64,000 nucleotides of DNA from an uncultured Bacilli bacterium (GTDB lineage: Bacteria; Bacillota_I; Bacilli_A; RFN20; CAG-449). The position numbers and the translations under genes were made by a program. The number at the start of each line of letters is the position of its first letter. The stretch's first letter is position 1. The notes under the pieces were generated by a model. That model was not told the DNA's origin and made no database searches. It saw nothing but the letters and a program-made list of their open reading frames with translations. Positions 1-10,484 of this stretch are shown here, piece after piece. The stretch covers positions 30,862 to 94,861 of the forward strand of contig CALVJL010000006.1 in NCBI GenBank assembly GCA_944332075.1. Reading direction: 5' to 3'.

Positions 1-12
1 AATCGTTTTAGA

Positions 13-882
13 ATGGCTGTTGCCGGAGATATTTATTATCGTAACGATTTAGATATATCCAAAAAATATCCAACATTAATTGTCGGAGCACCTTATGGAG
101 GAGTTAAAGAACAAGGTCCATGTATTTATGCCGATGAATTAGCTAAACGCGGATTTTTCGTCTTAACCTTTGATCAATCGTTTATGGGTGATTCTGAAGG
201 TGAACCAAGGAACGTTTCTGATCCATCAATTTTTGTTGAAAATTTTTCTGCTTGCATTGACTATCTCGGAGTAAAAGAAACATTAGTCAATAGAGAAAAA
301 ATTGGAATTATTGGAATATGTGGATCTGGAGGATTTGCTCTTTCATGCGCGCAAAGTGATACTAGAGTTAAAGCTATCTGCACTTGTTCAATGTATGTTA
401 TGAGCGATGCCGCTAGACTAAATATGGATAAAGAGGCTCTCTATGCCCGTAAAGAACAATTATCAAAGCAACGCTGGATAGACTTTGAAAATAATAAACC
501 ATCACTACACCCAGCATTTGGAGAAGAAGTAATAGATAAGGTTCCTGAAAATATGCCTGAACCTGCTGCTGAATGGATGAGATTTTACGCTCTAAAAAGA
601 GGTCATCACATTAACGCTATTGGAGCGTTTACCGATACTTCAGATTTATCATTTATCAATTTTGATTTACTTTCTCATATTGAAGAAATCTCACCACGTC
701 CAATTTTAATGATTGTCGGTGACCGCGCGCATTCGCGTTTCTTTTCTGAAAACGTCTACAAGAAAGCTTTAATGCCAAAAGAATTATATGTTGTTAAAGA
801 TGCTGAACATATCGATTTATATGATAGAATCGATCGCATACCATTTGATAAAATAGCTGATTTTTTCCAAAAGAATCTCTAA
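13..882 (+). CDS. alpha/beta hydrolase, dienelactone-hydrolase-like; true start may lie upstream of the window
   Basis: 289-aa ORF with a nucleophile-elbow-like motif GICGSGG and an alpha/beta-hydrolase-like composition. It begins 12 nt from the window edge. Confidence 0.55.
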   Translation: MAVAGDIYYRNDLDISKKYPTLIVGAPYGGVKEQGPCIYADELAKRGFFVLTFDQSFMGDSEGEPRNVSDPSIFVENFSACIDYLGVKETLVNREKIGIIGICGSGGFALSCAQSDTRVKAICTCSMYVMSDAARLNMDKEALYARKEQLSKQRWIDFENNKPSLHPAFGEEVIDKVPENMPEPAAEWMRFYALKRGHHINAIGAFTDTSDLSFINFDLLSHIEEISPRPILMIVGDRAHSRFFSENVYKKALMPKELYVVKDAEHIDLYDRIDRIPFDKIADFFQKNL

Positions 883-884
883 TG

Positions 885-916
885 AAAAAGCGTCTTATAT
901 GAGACGCTTTTTTTAT
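885..916. terminator. bidirectional intrinsic terminator between convergent genes
   Basis: Stem agcgtct/agacgct around a tatatg loop, flanked by an A-run on the left and a T-run on the right. It sits between the stop at 882 (+) and the stop at 913 (-). Confidence 0.6.
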
Positions 917-1857
917 TCTTCTTTTTTCGGCCTTCCGTCAGCATCGTAATTATCGCTATCGGAAATTTTATTTGGATCGATATACATCAGTTTATTAAAG
1001 AAATTTTTAATCTTGCTATTGCGTTCTTTAGCTTTAGCTTTATTTTCAGCATGCTTTTGTTTAATATCTTCTGGGATTAATGCCGCTAATTTTGCTTTAG
1101 CCATTAGCAAATCCGCTTTTTGCTCTTCGCGGAATTTTTCATAATGTTTTAAAGTATTGGAATTCTTTGCCAATTTCACAATCTTATTAAACACATTAAG
1201 AGAAGTAATAAAATCAATTATTAAAATTCCATAAACAATTCCTAAAGCAAAAATAAAGAAAACATTAACGATTGTTCCCTGGCTGCCGCCTTCAAACATG
1301 AATTTGTATAAAGATGAAAACATGTTATAAACATAAGGATTCAAGCCGTAATAATATATCAAATCAACAATTAACCAAATAATAGAGAACTGCGGACAAA
1401 TTATACCGAGAATATTGCCCCTAAGATTAGAATAATCCCATAATCTTACTTTGAATCCCTTAACAAAGATTAATCCTGCTAGAAATTCCAAGAGAATCAA
1501 ACAAGCAAAAATAATTGCAATCGGAATTAAATCATAAACAGTTGGACCGCATTGATTGGTATTAGTAAATAAATGTCCTAGAGGATTGTATAACGGCATC
1601 GACTCCGGTAAAGCATTAATAATAATGGCCGAAATCAAAAACATACTAACTAATCCAAAGCCATAAAGAGGCAACCAAGGCCCGCGCATAAAACCTGGAT
1701 TAACCCATTTCTTTGCCGAATAAAATCTTCGGTATAAAACCTCCATACAGTAACCAATCATGCAACCGATTAAAAACATTAATAAAATCGTTAAAATGTA
1801 GCCTGATGCCGCTTTTACCGAATCGGCTTCAGCATATAAATAATCCACTTTCATCAT
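913..1857 (-). CDS. polytopic membrane protein, possibly of the putative ABC-transporter type IV (CmpB-like) family, with a Lys/Glu-rich C-terminal tail
   Basis: Several hydrophobic helices. A GCMIGYCMEVLY motif resembles the Cys/Glu motif of that family. The family assignment is from memory and is uncertain. Confidence 0.45.
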   Translation of the reverse strand: MMKVDYLYAEADSVKAASGYILTILLMFLIGCMIGYCMEVLYRRFYSAKKWVNPGFMRGPWLPLYGFGLVSMFLISAIIINALPESMPLYNPLGHLFTNTNQCGPTVYDLIPIAIIFACLILLEFLAGLIFVKGFKVRLWDYSNLRGNILGIICPQFSIIWLIVDLIYYYGLNPYVYNMFSSLYKFMFEGGSQGTIVNVFFIFALGIVYGILIIDFITSLNVFNKIVKLAKNSNTLKHYEKFREEQKADLLMAKAKLAALIPEDIKQKHAENKAKAKERNSKIKNFFNKLMYIDPNKISDSDNYDADGRPKKEE

Positions 1858-1933
1858 ATACCTCCAAAATCTACATTATAGGCAGATTCATCCATATAAC
1901 CCTTAATCCACTCATATTTATATTTATAATATC

Positions 1934-1990
1934 AAAAAAAGTGAGAGATGATTACTTTGTTAAATCATTTATCTCACTTTTTATTTTTTT
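1934..1990 (-). terminator. intrinsic terminator downstream of the GH78 gene
   Basis: Inverted repeat gtgagagatgatt ... aatcatttatctcac (1941-1977), preceded on the plus strand by aaaaaaa, which is a U-run on the minus transcript. Confidence 0.55.
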
Positions 1991-2010
1991 TGCTATATGC
2001 TTATTAATTT

Positions 2011-4554
2011 TTAAATAAAGAAATCATAAGTACCTGATTTAAGTTCATAACTTTGATCAGCAACGCTAAAACTACATATTACATTTGCCGGAATTTCTAA
2101 ATGATATTTAACTTTATCATTATTTTTTTCCCATGATGATTCAATCATTCCATATACGCTTTGATAACAGCATTTAGCAAAAGAAATATGTCCGCCAACT
2201 TTTGGAGCAATCACAATTTTGTTATTCGGTAAAATATCAATGCCAGCCATGACTCTAACCATCCATTCTAAGCAGGCACCTTTTGAATAATGGTCAAGCG
2301 AAGCTACTCCTTTTTGTGACTTAGTTCCTTCCCAGCTTTCATAAATCGTCGTTCCACCATCTTTAACCATAAAAAGCCATCCCGGCATTTCTTCATTTTC
2401 TAAAAGTTTATAAGCATATTCAATATCAATAGAAGTCAAAACATCTAAAATAAACGGTGTTGATAAAAAACCTGTTCCAACTCTAAAATGATAATTTTCC
2501 AAAGCCTTTATTAGTCTTTGCCGAGCATAGATTGTTTGTTCTTCATTTAATAAATTTAAATATAATGGTCTAACTAAAACACTTTGCCGATTTGTATCAA
2601 GCGTGAAAGCTGGTAACTTTCTCATTTCTTGATAAGCTTCTTTAACCTTTTCAAAATAAAATTGATAACGGGAAGCTGATTTTGTATCACCGAGCAATAA
2701 AGCTATTTCGCTCATAAGTTTCATCATGTAGGCTGTATATGCAGTCGAAACCTCTGGATGCGGTAAAATCATGTCGGTCCACTTCATTGGGAAAATATCA
2801 GCAGGTTCTGCCCATTCACCATAAGATTGACCATAGTTAACTGCATATTTCCGGTATTTTCTTTTTAAGTGCAATGGTTTAGAAAGAAGGGTTTTCTTGC
2901 CAATACGCTTAATTAAAAATTCACTATATTTTTGCATTTGACCATAAAACTCTTTTAGAATATCCAAATCGTTATAACGCTTATAGAAACGATATGGAAT
3001 TAAAATTCCGCAATCAGACCAACCTGGTGATCCATTCATCGTATTCATATAAAAATCCACTCCGCCATAAGGTGCAATCTGCGGCAAATTACCATTTCTT
3101 TTTTGCCAGTCATAGATATCGCGAAGATGCTTTCTGGCAAATGGCGCGTAATTAGTTAAATATGCTGCTGAATTAAAAAATATCTGAGAATCACCAGTCC
3201 ATCCATGTCTTTCTCTAGTTGGACAATCTGTTGGTACATCTAAAGAATTGTTTTTTAAAGACCATCTAATATTACTTACTAATTTGTTAATTAATATTGA
3301 AGACGTTTCTAAAGATAAAGTATCTTCAAGTGAAGAATAAACGCTTATTGCCGTGAAATCCTTGGTAGAAAAAGGAACATCTGTTTTAACTAAGCAATAA
3401 CGAAATCCCATTATCGAAAAACGGGTTTTATAATCATTAACTCCATCTTTTAAAACACAAATAATTCTTTGAAGAGGTGTAGTCTTTTTCTTAGAGATGC
3501 ATTGGAAATTCTTTTGAGTAAATTCACCATTGCTATCAAGCATTTCTCCAAATAAAAGCTCAATTTTATCACCTTTTTTTCCTTTTAAAGAGAAGGAAAT
3601 ATATCCGGCGATATTTTGTTTAAAATCAAGAACTTTATCGCCTTTAGGAGTAATAATAAGTTCAGGAGTAAACGTTTCATGTTCGCGCGGAGCAACATTA
3701 TTAGATGCTGAAGGAATAACTTTATGGGATGAAAGTTTAGCTTTACCTTTATAAGATGGAGCATAATTAAAATCAACAATTTCCCCATCCTTGTTATCTG
3801 CAAAGCGAATCATCCCATCATTTGACCAAGAGAATGACTCATCGGAGACTATTTTTGAAATATTACCTGAGTTATCCTCTATTTCTAATTGAAGCAGCAG
3901 CTTAGTTTCTTTACCATATTGATTAGTAAGTCCCCAAGCTCCAATACTGCCGCGGTAATAGCCATCAGCAAGCATGATTGAAAGTTTATTTTTACCTTCT
4001 TTAAGCAGATTAGTAACGTCATATGTCTGATATTGAACGCGTTTATTATAATCCGTATGACCAGGTGTAAAGACATCTAAACCAACTTTTTTATCATTAA
4101 TCTTCGCCTCATAAAGCCCAAGGGAAGTTATATATAGGCGAGCTTTTTTTATACTATTTAACGAAAATTCTTTAAGAAAGCAATCAACCGGATAACGATG
4201 ATGTTTTTTGACTTTATAATCACCTTTAATCCATTTACCTTCCCAATCATTTTTGTTTAATAAACCCATTTCAAAGAATGATTCACTTTCTTCACCTAAC
4301 AAACCATTTTCATCAAACAAAGAGATTTTCCAAACGATTCTATCTCTAGAATGTAGAAGAAATGGGAGGCGGTACATCATTTGATTGCTATCTACTTTAC
4401 CAGAATTAAAAATCATTTTTTCATCTTTAAAGCACTTAATGATGAATCCGCTTTGAAATGTACCTCCTTGACAGTTCCACATTAATCGCGGCGAAGTAAT
4501 ATCAATACCCAGAGGTTCTCTTAAATATTCTGTTTTCAAATTTATCGCTTTCAT
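2011..4554 (-). CDS. alpha-L-rhamnosidase, glycoside hydrolase family 78
   Basis: 847 aa. It has the GH78 hallmark DCPTRERHGWTGDSQIF. Its size and layout match Bac_rhamnosid N-terminal plus six-hairpin catalytic domains. Confidence 0.85.
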   Translation of the reverse strand: MKAINLKTEYLREPLGIDITSPRLMWNCQGGTFQSGFIIKCFKDEKMIFNSGKVDSNQMMYRLPFLLHSRDRIVWKISLFDENGLLGEESESFFEMGLLNKNDWEGKWIKGDYKVKKHHRYPVDCFLKEFSLNSIKKARLYITSLGLYEAKINDKKVGLDVFTPGHTDYNKRVQYQTYDVTNLLKEGKNKLSIMLADGYYRGSIGAWGLTNQYGKETKLLLQLEIEDNSGNISKIVSDESFSWSNDGMIRFADNKDGEIVDFNYAPSYKGKAKLSSHKVIPSASNNVAPREHETFTPELIITPKGDKVLDFKQNIAGYISFSLKGKKGDKIELLFGEMLDSNGEFTQKNFQCISKKKTTPLQRIICVLKDGVNDYKTRFSIMGFRYCLVKTDVPFSTKDFTAISVYSSLEDTLSLETSSILINKLVSNIRWSLKNNSLDVPTDCPTRERHGWTGDSQIFFNSAAYLTNYAPFARKHLRDIYDWQKRNGNLPQIAPYGGVDFYMNTMNGSPGWSDCGILIPYRFYKRYNDLDILKEFYGQMQKYSEFLIKRIGKKTLLSKPLHLKRKYRKYAVNYGQSYGEWAEPADIFPMKWTDMILPHPEVSTAYTAYMMKLMSEIALLLGDTKSASRYQFYFEKVKEAYQEMRKLPAFTLDTNRQSVLVRPLYLNLLNEEQTIYARQRLIKALENYHFRVGTGFLSTPFILDVLTSIDIEYAYKLLENEEMPGWLFMVKDGGTTIYESWEGTKSQKGVASLDHYSKGACLEWMVRVMAGIDILPNNKIVIAPKVGGHISFAKCCYQSVYGMIESSWEKNNDKVKYHLEIPANVICSFSVADQSYELKSGTYDFFI

Positions 4555-4559
4555 GTTTT

Positions 4560-6479
4560 TTATCCCTGCTGAGAAAGTCGAGTTTGCATCATTTCATAAT
4601 GCTTTTGTCCTTCTGCTTTCTCTTTTTTCCAGAATAATTCATCTTTTTCTTTCTTTAGCTCTGCTTTTTGCTCAAGTTTTGCTTTTTGTTCTTCGCTTAA
4701 TTTTTGCATGCGTAAATCTTGTTTAATTTTTAATTTTTCAGCTTTGATCTTTTGTTTTTCAACATTTTTTAGTTCCGTTAATTTTTGCTTTTCCTTTTTT
4801 AAAGCTAATTGTTCTAAGTGTTCATTTAATGCAGTTTGATAATCTAGATGCTTTTTATCGCATCTCTCTTTTAATTCCTTACGATATGCTTCTTCAGCTT
4901 TTAACTCTAATTCCTTTTGTTCTTCAGCTGCTCTGACTTCTGGAGCGATATACTTTTCTCCAAGTTTTTCGCAAGCTTCTTTTTGTCTCTCACGAATGAC
5001 CATTTGTTTTAAGTTAATGGTTTTCTCTACTTTAACAAAGGAAAGCATAAAGGCAAAAACTAAACCTGCAACGGCTTCTAAGCCAACAAAGAAAATAACG
5101 AAAACTGTATTAACCGCTTGAGGTTGGTTGAAAATAATTGAATAAGTTCCATCGAGATTAGTTAAAACCTTTTGCATAGCCGAGGTTAATTCCGGCTTTA
5201 TCGTTAAATTATTTTCAGGAGCGATATATCCAGCTGCCGCAATACCTCCGTTAAATAATCCCGTAACAATACCGGCTGCCGCGGTTGTAATAACTGAATA
5301 AGCTGACATCGCTAAACCATCTGTTCTAAATCCGTTTTTCCATTCCAGATGATCAAGAGCGTCGCTAAATAAGGCCATAAAAACATACGCGCAAGGTAAT
5401 CCGCCAATATTTTTAATAAATTGTCCAATTAAAACAATTACCATATTTGTCGGAGCTAATAAGCAAATAAGCGACCCTAAAGCATATAAGATAAAGCCAA
5501 CAACTGTAACGTTCTTTTTACCAAATTTTTTAGCTAATGGCCAAACAGCAAAGATACCAATTCCCATTGGAATTCCTCCAATGACTGAGACTAAAGTTTG
5601 AGTTATGCCGTCATTATAGGTTCCTAAAACATAGTTACAATAATAAGGTAAAGCAATATTTTTTAATTGAGAAGTCAGTGTATAAAGTAAGAAATACCCT
5701 AATAACAAAAGCATATATTTATCAGTAAAAATTGCTTTTAACTGTAATAAAAACGGGATCTTCTTTTCTTCTATATTCGCTGTTTCTTCCGTTACTCTTT
5801 CTTTTGTAAAATAGTATTCTATTAAAGCTAAAGGCAAAGAGATAATTGCTAAGATTCCCATAGCTAAAATCCAAATAGATTGACTAGTTCCTAAAAGAGG
5901 AATAATTAACATTGGAAAAATTAAAGCGACGATAATTCCGCTCATCATTACTGAGGCAATATTATTGAAAACTGCTAATACACCTCTTTGAGATGTATTT
6001 CTCGTTGATAGAGGAACCATCAAATTATGTGACATATTATAAATTGTATAAGAGATTGAATAATAAAGATTATAAGAGAACATGACCCAAATTACTTGAA
6101 TAGTAATTGATGCCTTTGGTACTAAAAACAGTAATAATCCAGAAATAGCAATTAATGGTGCAGATAATAATATCCACGGCCGAGCTTTACCCTGTTTTGT
6201 CTTAGTTCTATTAATAATATAGCCCATGATAACATTAGTAATTGCATCAATTATCTTGGAAATGATTGGGAAAATAACTAAAAATAATCCTCCCCAGACC
6301 TTATCAAAGCCCAAAACATCGGTATAAAAGACATTGAGATAAACTGCCATAACAGCATTGAATAATAATGCTCCGCATGGCCCTACTAAATATCCTAGCC
6401 ATTTCTCTTTGCCTTTTACATTTTGTGAATGCACTCGGCTATTAAACACTTTACTATCTAATATTTTTGCTTTCGCCAT
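4560..6479 (-). CDS. GPH-family (glycoside-pentoside-hexuronide) MFS cation symporter with a roughly 160-aa charged coiled-coil C-terminal extension
   Basis: About 12 TM segments with a GPH-like N-terminus. The last 160 aa are K/E-rich heptad-like sequence ([24 protein letters not shown]...). Confidence 0.75.
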   Translation of the reverse strand: MAKAKILDSKVFNSRVHSQNVKGKEKWLGYLVGPCGALLFNAVMAVYLNVFYTDVLGFDKVWGGLFLVIFPIISKIIDAITNVIMGYIINRTKTKQGKARPWILLSAPLIAISGLLLFLVPKASITIQVIWVMFSYNLYYSISYTIYNMSHNLMVPLSTRNTSQRGVLAVFNNIASVMMSGIIVALIFPMLIIPLLGTSQSIWILAMGILAIISLPLALIEYYFTKERVTEETANIEEKKIPFLLQLKAIFTDKYMLLLLGYFLLYTLTSQLKNIALPYYCNYVLGTYNDGITQTLVSVIGGIPMGIGIFAVWPLAKKFGKKNVTVVGFILYALGSLICLLAPTNMVIVLIGQFIKNIGGLPCAYVFMALFSDALDHLEWKNGFRTDGLAMSAYSVITTAAAGIVTGLFNGGIAAAGYIAPENNLTIKPELTSAMQKVLTNLDGTYSIIFNQPQAVNTVFVIFFVGLEAVAGLVFAFMLSFVKVEKTINLKQMVIRERQKEACEKLGEKYIAPEVRAAEEQKELELKAEEAYRKELKERCDKKHLDYQTALNEHLEQLALKKEKQKLTELKNVEKQKIKAEKLKIKQDLRMQKLSEEQKAKLEQKAELKKEKDELFWKKEKAEGQKHYEMMQTRLSQQG

Positions 6480-6480
6480 T

Positions 6481-6738
6481 TTAATTTTCTCCTTTCTTTT
6501 TATATTCAGAGGCTACCTGCTCAATAGTCCATTCATCTCGCCAATTATATAAATCTTTTGAAGAGTAATAACGTACTCCCCAAGACCATATCTTTCCCTT
6601 ACCATTAGTTTTTTCTTTATTTTCACCATAAAAATAAAATGTATCATTATCAAAGAATAATGAGCCTCCATGAGCTTGAACTCGTTTTCCATCAGTATCT
6701 AATAAAATCTGACCTGGTTTAATATTTTGAGAAAACAT
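6481..6738 (-). pseudogene. N-terminal fragment (85 aa) of a GH43-family glycoside hydrolase; gene remnant
   Basis: LLDTDGKRVQAHGGSLFFDNDTFYFYGE...WGVRYYSSKDLYNW matches the first beta-propeller blades of GH43 enzymes. It ends 2 nt before the MFS start. Its ATG overlaps the GH3 stop as TAATG. Confidence 0.5.
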
Positions 6739-9170
6739 TACTTGTCCTCCTTATCTTTTGGCAATTCTGAAATTTGGATTTTTTTGCAAAAACACTTTAT
6801 TCCTTTAATCAGATTACCATTTGCAATATACATAAATGCTTCAGCAAAGTTATAAGGAAAAGTCTTTCCAGAGGACATTGACATAGAAATTAAAGTATTG
6901 CTTTCTAAAATTCTTCTTAAGAAAATTGCGCCTTTTAAGCGGTTATTTCTTTCCTCTCCCTTTGGCATTTTTAAAGCCATTTTTTTCTGTTTATCCGCTA
7001 CAGACAATACCGTATTGAATAATATTCGTCCTAAAAATGTCCTTTTCATATCTGTAAAACGCGAATCGATATACATATGGTTTTTATTTCGTAAGACAGG
7101 TATGTTTAAATTAAATAATTCACTATAAATTTCATTACTAATCGCTGATATATCATAATTCAAATATGGTTTTAATAAAGCGAGATTACCATTATTAATT
7201 TTATCATACCCAAGTTCTACAACATTAGAATCAATAACTGTCTCAGCATCCTTATTAATTGAGATAACATATTCTCCATTTGGAAAAATAAATCTTTTGT
7301 CAGTTAGAGAATATATTTTTAAATCTTCATAGTCTATTATCAATTTTACATTTTTCGATTCACCCGGATTTAAAGAGATTTTAGTAAAAGCTTTCAATTC
7401 TCGCTTTGGTCTAAAGAGATTATTTTTAGCACCCTCTATAAATATTTGGATTACTTCCTCTCCCTTCATTTCCCCAACGTTTTTAACCTCAGCCTCTACT
7501 TCCAAATGATCTGATTTAGCACATACTTTGAAATTGTTGTATCGAAAATCAGTATATGACAATCCATATCCGAATGGGAAATTGACTTTAACGCCTTTGC
7601 TAACATAATAGCGATATCCGACAAATATACTTTCTTTATATACTTCTTGTTCGTTAACAGAAAAAATTGGATATGGAACATCGTTATAATCTTTTATCCA
7701 TGTTTCTGCTAAGCGTCCAGAAGGAGAAATTTCACCAAATAACAATTTATAAACAGCTTCTCCTCCGCCTTGACCAGGCAATCCCATATAAAGCACCGCG
7801 GCACATTTTTCAAATGGTAAAGTAATAACGCTGCCACCAAACAAAACTAAGATTATTTTTTTACCTTTTTCAGCTAATTTTTCAATTAGTACTTCTTGAT
7901 TATGAGGTAACGAGATATTTTCTCTGTCACATCCTTCACTTTCAGTGAAATCTGTTAATCCAGCGAATAATATGACTTTATCAAAATCATTACTTTTAGT
8001 AATAGCTTCTTCTACTAATTTATAATCAACCTCTACACTATTTACGTCATAGCCTTGGCAAAAATCATATTGAATTAAATGATTATTAAAGCTTGTCTCC
8101 GGAGTTACTAATTTATAAGGATTTATCATCGAACTACCCGATCCTTGATAACGCATCTGAGAAAACATCTCTCCAATAATTAATAATTTTTCTTGAGATT
8201 TTAACGGTAAAATATCTTTTTCGTTTTTCATTAAAACAGCGGATTTACATGCTGCTTCTATTGCAATTTCATGATTTTTTTCAAAATCAGCAGGAACTTT
8301 TTTCTGCTTAGAATACTTATCAACTACTTTCAAAATATTTTTTACTGCATCATTTAAATACTTTTCATCTAAGCTTCCATTGTTTATCTTATCGATTACC
8401 ATCTTACGGCAATATGCTGTATCACCAGGCATTTCTAAATCTAAGCCGGCTCTTAACGCCTCTACCCGGTCATGCATTGCTCCCCAGTCAGTAAGTACAA
8501 TCCCTTCATAATTCCATGCATTTCGTAAGATATCAGTTAATAACCATTTATTTTCACAGCAATAGGTGCCGTTTATTTTGTTATATGCGCACATAACCGC
8601 GGCAGGTTTACTCTTTTTTATTGTTCTTTCAAATACTTTTAAATAAATTTCATTCATCGCTTTTTCATCACAAATCGAATCAGAAAGAAAGCGATAATTT
8701 TCACTATTATTCAAAGCAAAGTGTTTAATGCATGAAGCAACATTATTATCTTGAAGTCCTTTTACTTCCATAACTGCCATTTCTGAAGCAAGCAATGGAT
8801 CTTCTGAAAAATATTCAAAATTTCTTCCCCCACGAGGATTTCTTTTAATATTGATTCCAGGACCTAAAACCATATTTATTCCATAATACTTAGCTTCATT
8901 AGCTATAGAGGAACCAATTTTATACATCATATCGCGGTCAAAGCTGCAACAGGCGATACTCGCGGTTGGAAAACAAGTAGCTACTTCACTACCATTAACT
9001 CCGTTATCACCTTCTCCGTTTTGCACTCTTAAACCATGCGGTCCATCTGACATTCTTATTGATGGTATTTTTAAATCCTTAATCGCATAGGTATACATAA
9101 AATTTGTTCCAGCAATCAAAAGACTTTTTTCATTAAGCGTTAATTTCGATAAAAGTTCTTCAATGTCCAT
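6738..9170 (-). CDS. bglX: beta-glucosidase, glycoside hydrolase family 3, with C-terminal extension
   Basis: GH3 N-domain motifs MSDGPHGLR and KHFALNNSENYR, then a GH3 C-domain (FGYGLSYTDF) and an Fn3-like domain. 810 aa. Confidence 0.85.
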   Translation of the reverse strand: MDIEELLSKLTLNEKSLLIAGTNFMYTYAIKDLKIPSIRMSDGPHGLRVQNGEGDNGVNGSEVATCFPTASIACCSFDRDMMYKIGSSIANEAKYYGINMVLGPGINIKRNPRGGRNFEYFSEDPLLASEMAVMEVKGLQDNNVASCIKHFALNNSENYRFLSDSICDEKAMNEIYLKVFERTIKKSKPAAVMCAYNKINGTYCCENKWLLTDILRNAWNYEGIVLTDWGAMHDRVEALRAGLDLEMPGDTAYCRKMVIDKINNGSLDEKYLNDAVKNILKVVDKYSKQKKVPADFEKNHEIAIEAACKSAVLMKNEKDILPLKSQEKLLIIGEMFSQMRYQGSGSSMINPYKLVTPETSFNNHLIQYDFCQGYDVNSVEVDYKLVEEAITKSNDFDKVILFAGLTDFTESEGCDRENISLPHNQEVLIEKLAEKGKKIILVLFGGSVITLPFEKCAAVLYMGLPGQGGGEAVYKLLFGEISPSGRLAETWIKDYNDVPYPIFSVNEQEVYKESIFVGYRYYVSKGVKVNFPFGYGLSYTDFRYNNFKVCAKSDHLEVEAEVKNVGEMKGEEVIQIFIEGAKNNLFRPKRELKAFTKISLNPGESKNVKLIIDYEDLKIYSLTDKRFIFPNGEYVISINKDAETVIDSNVVELGYDKINNGNLALLKPYLNYDISAISNEIYSELFNLNIPVLRNKNHMYIDSRFTDMKRTFLGRILFNTVLSVADKQKKMALKMPKGEERNNRLKGAIFLRRILESNTLISMSMSSGKTFPYNFAEAFMYIANGNLIKGIKCFCKKIQISELPKDKEDK

Positions 9171-9272
9171 ATTATTACCTCATAATTATTGTAAGCCCTT
9201 TCACATATCTATTTCTTATCGTTTTGTAACATGTTAATATATTTTTGTAATAATATTAAATCGTTTTAATTT

Positions 9273-10484
9273 ATGAAAAAAGAAATAAACCTTGATTATA
9301 TACTTTCAAATATTGCTGATCTAGCTGGTTTACCAGTTAGAGTTTATCAAAGTGGAAAATTAAATTATTTTCATTCGATAATTGATTTTAGCGTTGATCC
9401 GATTAATGCTTACTTAGATAAAATAGCAATCGGCAATCAGCATGTCGGATATTATATAACTGAAGAATTATCATATTATGGATTTGTTAACTCAAATAAT
9501 TTAACTATTATCCTCGGCCCAACATACCAGTGTCAAGCAGACGATAAAAGTCTAAAAGACTTAGCTTTTAGACTAAATATTTCTTCTGAAGACGTAACAT
9601 CATTTATCAATGCCTACAAATCTTTAGTGCCATTCCCTTTAACCGGTTTATTAAAAATTTTATTAGTTCTTAATAACTTAATTAATGAAGAAATGTTAAC
9701 GTTTAACGATATTATTGTTATTGACGAAGAACAAGAAAGATTTGAGAAAGCCATTGAAAAAACTCAAATAGATAATCAATATTCATCTCAGCAAGAAATC
9801 AATAGCTTTAATAATTCCTTGCTCGCTGAAGAAAAATTAATTTCCATCGTTAGAAATGGTGATATAGATGGATTAAATACTTGGATACAATCTTCGCCTT
9901 CAGTTAATCCCGGATTAACTTCATCAAATCAAATCAGGCAGTTAAAAAATATTTTTATCGTTACCGCGACAATTGTTTGCCGCGCGGCCATATCTTCAGG
10001 AATGGATCAACAAGAAGCTTTAAAACTTAGCGATACTTATATTCAAAGATGTGATACCTTAAATGATATTGTTTCAATTAATAATCTCTCTTTTAAATTA
10101 GTCAAACATTATACGGAAATAATTCATAGTCTCTCAGAAGATATTTTGCCAAACAAATTATCTCGTGATATCTCATCATATGTTTTGCATCATCTGTCTG
10201 AAAATATAAAAACAGAAGACATAGCCAATGCTTTATATATGTCAAGAGGTAGATTATCAACAAAATTTAAAAGCGAATGCCATGAAAATTTATCGACTTT
10301 CATTATTAAAATAAAATTAAAAGAAGCTAAAAGACTGATTCGTTACACGGATAAATCTCTAACTTCTATTTCAGAATATCTCGGTTTTTCAACTCCAAAT
10401 CATTTTTCTGCAGTTTTCAAAAAATATGAAAAACTATCCCCGTTAGAATACCGGAAACAGTTCATAAATTTTCCAAAACATTAA
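9273..10484 (+). CDS. AraC-family transcriptional regulator
   Basis: C-terminal double HTH of AraC type (...SISEYLGFSTPNHFSAVFKKYEKLSPLEYRK). It is transcribed divergently from the GH3/GH78 genes. Confidence 0.8.
   Translation: MKKEINLDYILSNIADLAGLPVRVYQSGKLNYFHSIIDFSVDPINAYLDKIAIGNQHVGYYITEELSYYGFVNSNNLTIILGPTYQCQADDKSLKDLAFRLNISSEDVTSFINAYKSLVPFPLTGLLKILLVLNNLINEEMLTFNDIIVIDEEQERFEKAIEKTQIDNQYSSQQEINSFNNSLLAEEKLISIVRNGDIDGLNTWIQSSPSVNPGLTSSNQIRQLKNIFIVTATIVCRAAISSGMDQQEALKLSDTYIQRCDTLNDIVSINNLSFKLVKHYTEIIHSLSEDILPNKLSRDISSYVLHHLSENIKTEDIANALYMSRGRLSTKFKSECHENLSTFIIKIKLKEAKRLIRYTDKSLTSISEYLGFSTPNHFSAVFKKYEKLSPLEYRKQFINFPKH

Noticed and set aside
1713-2018. Plus-strand 101-aa ORF overlapping the upstream region of the membrane protein gene and the GH78 terminator
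   Set aside because: Low-complexity, AT-driven frame. It overlaps a terminator hairpin and the start of a real minus-strand gene. No RBS and no motif.
3530-4076. Three short ORFs (74, 72 and 63 aa) inside the GH78 gene on both strands
   Set aside because: They are fully embedded in a well-supported 847-aa CDS. They are typical antisense or alternate-frame noise in AT-rich DNA.
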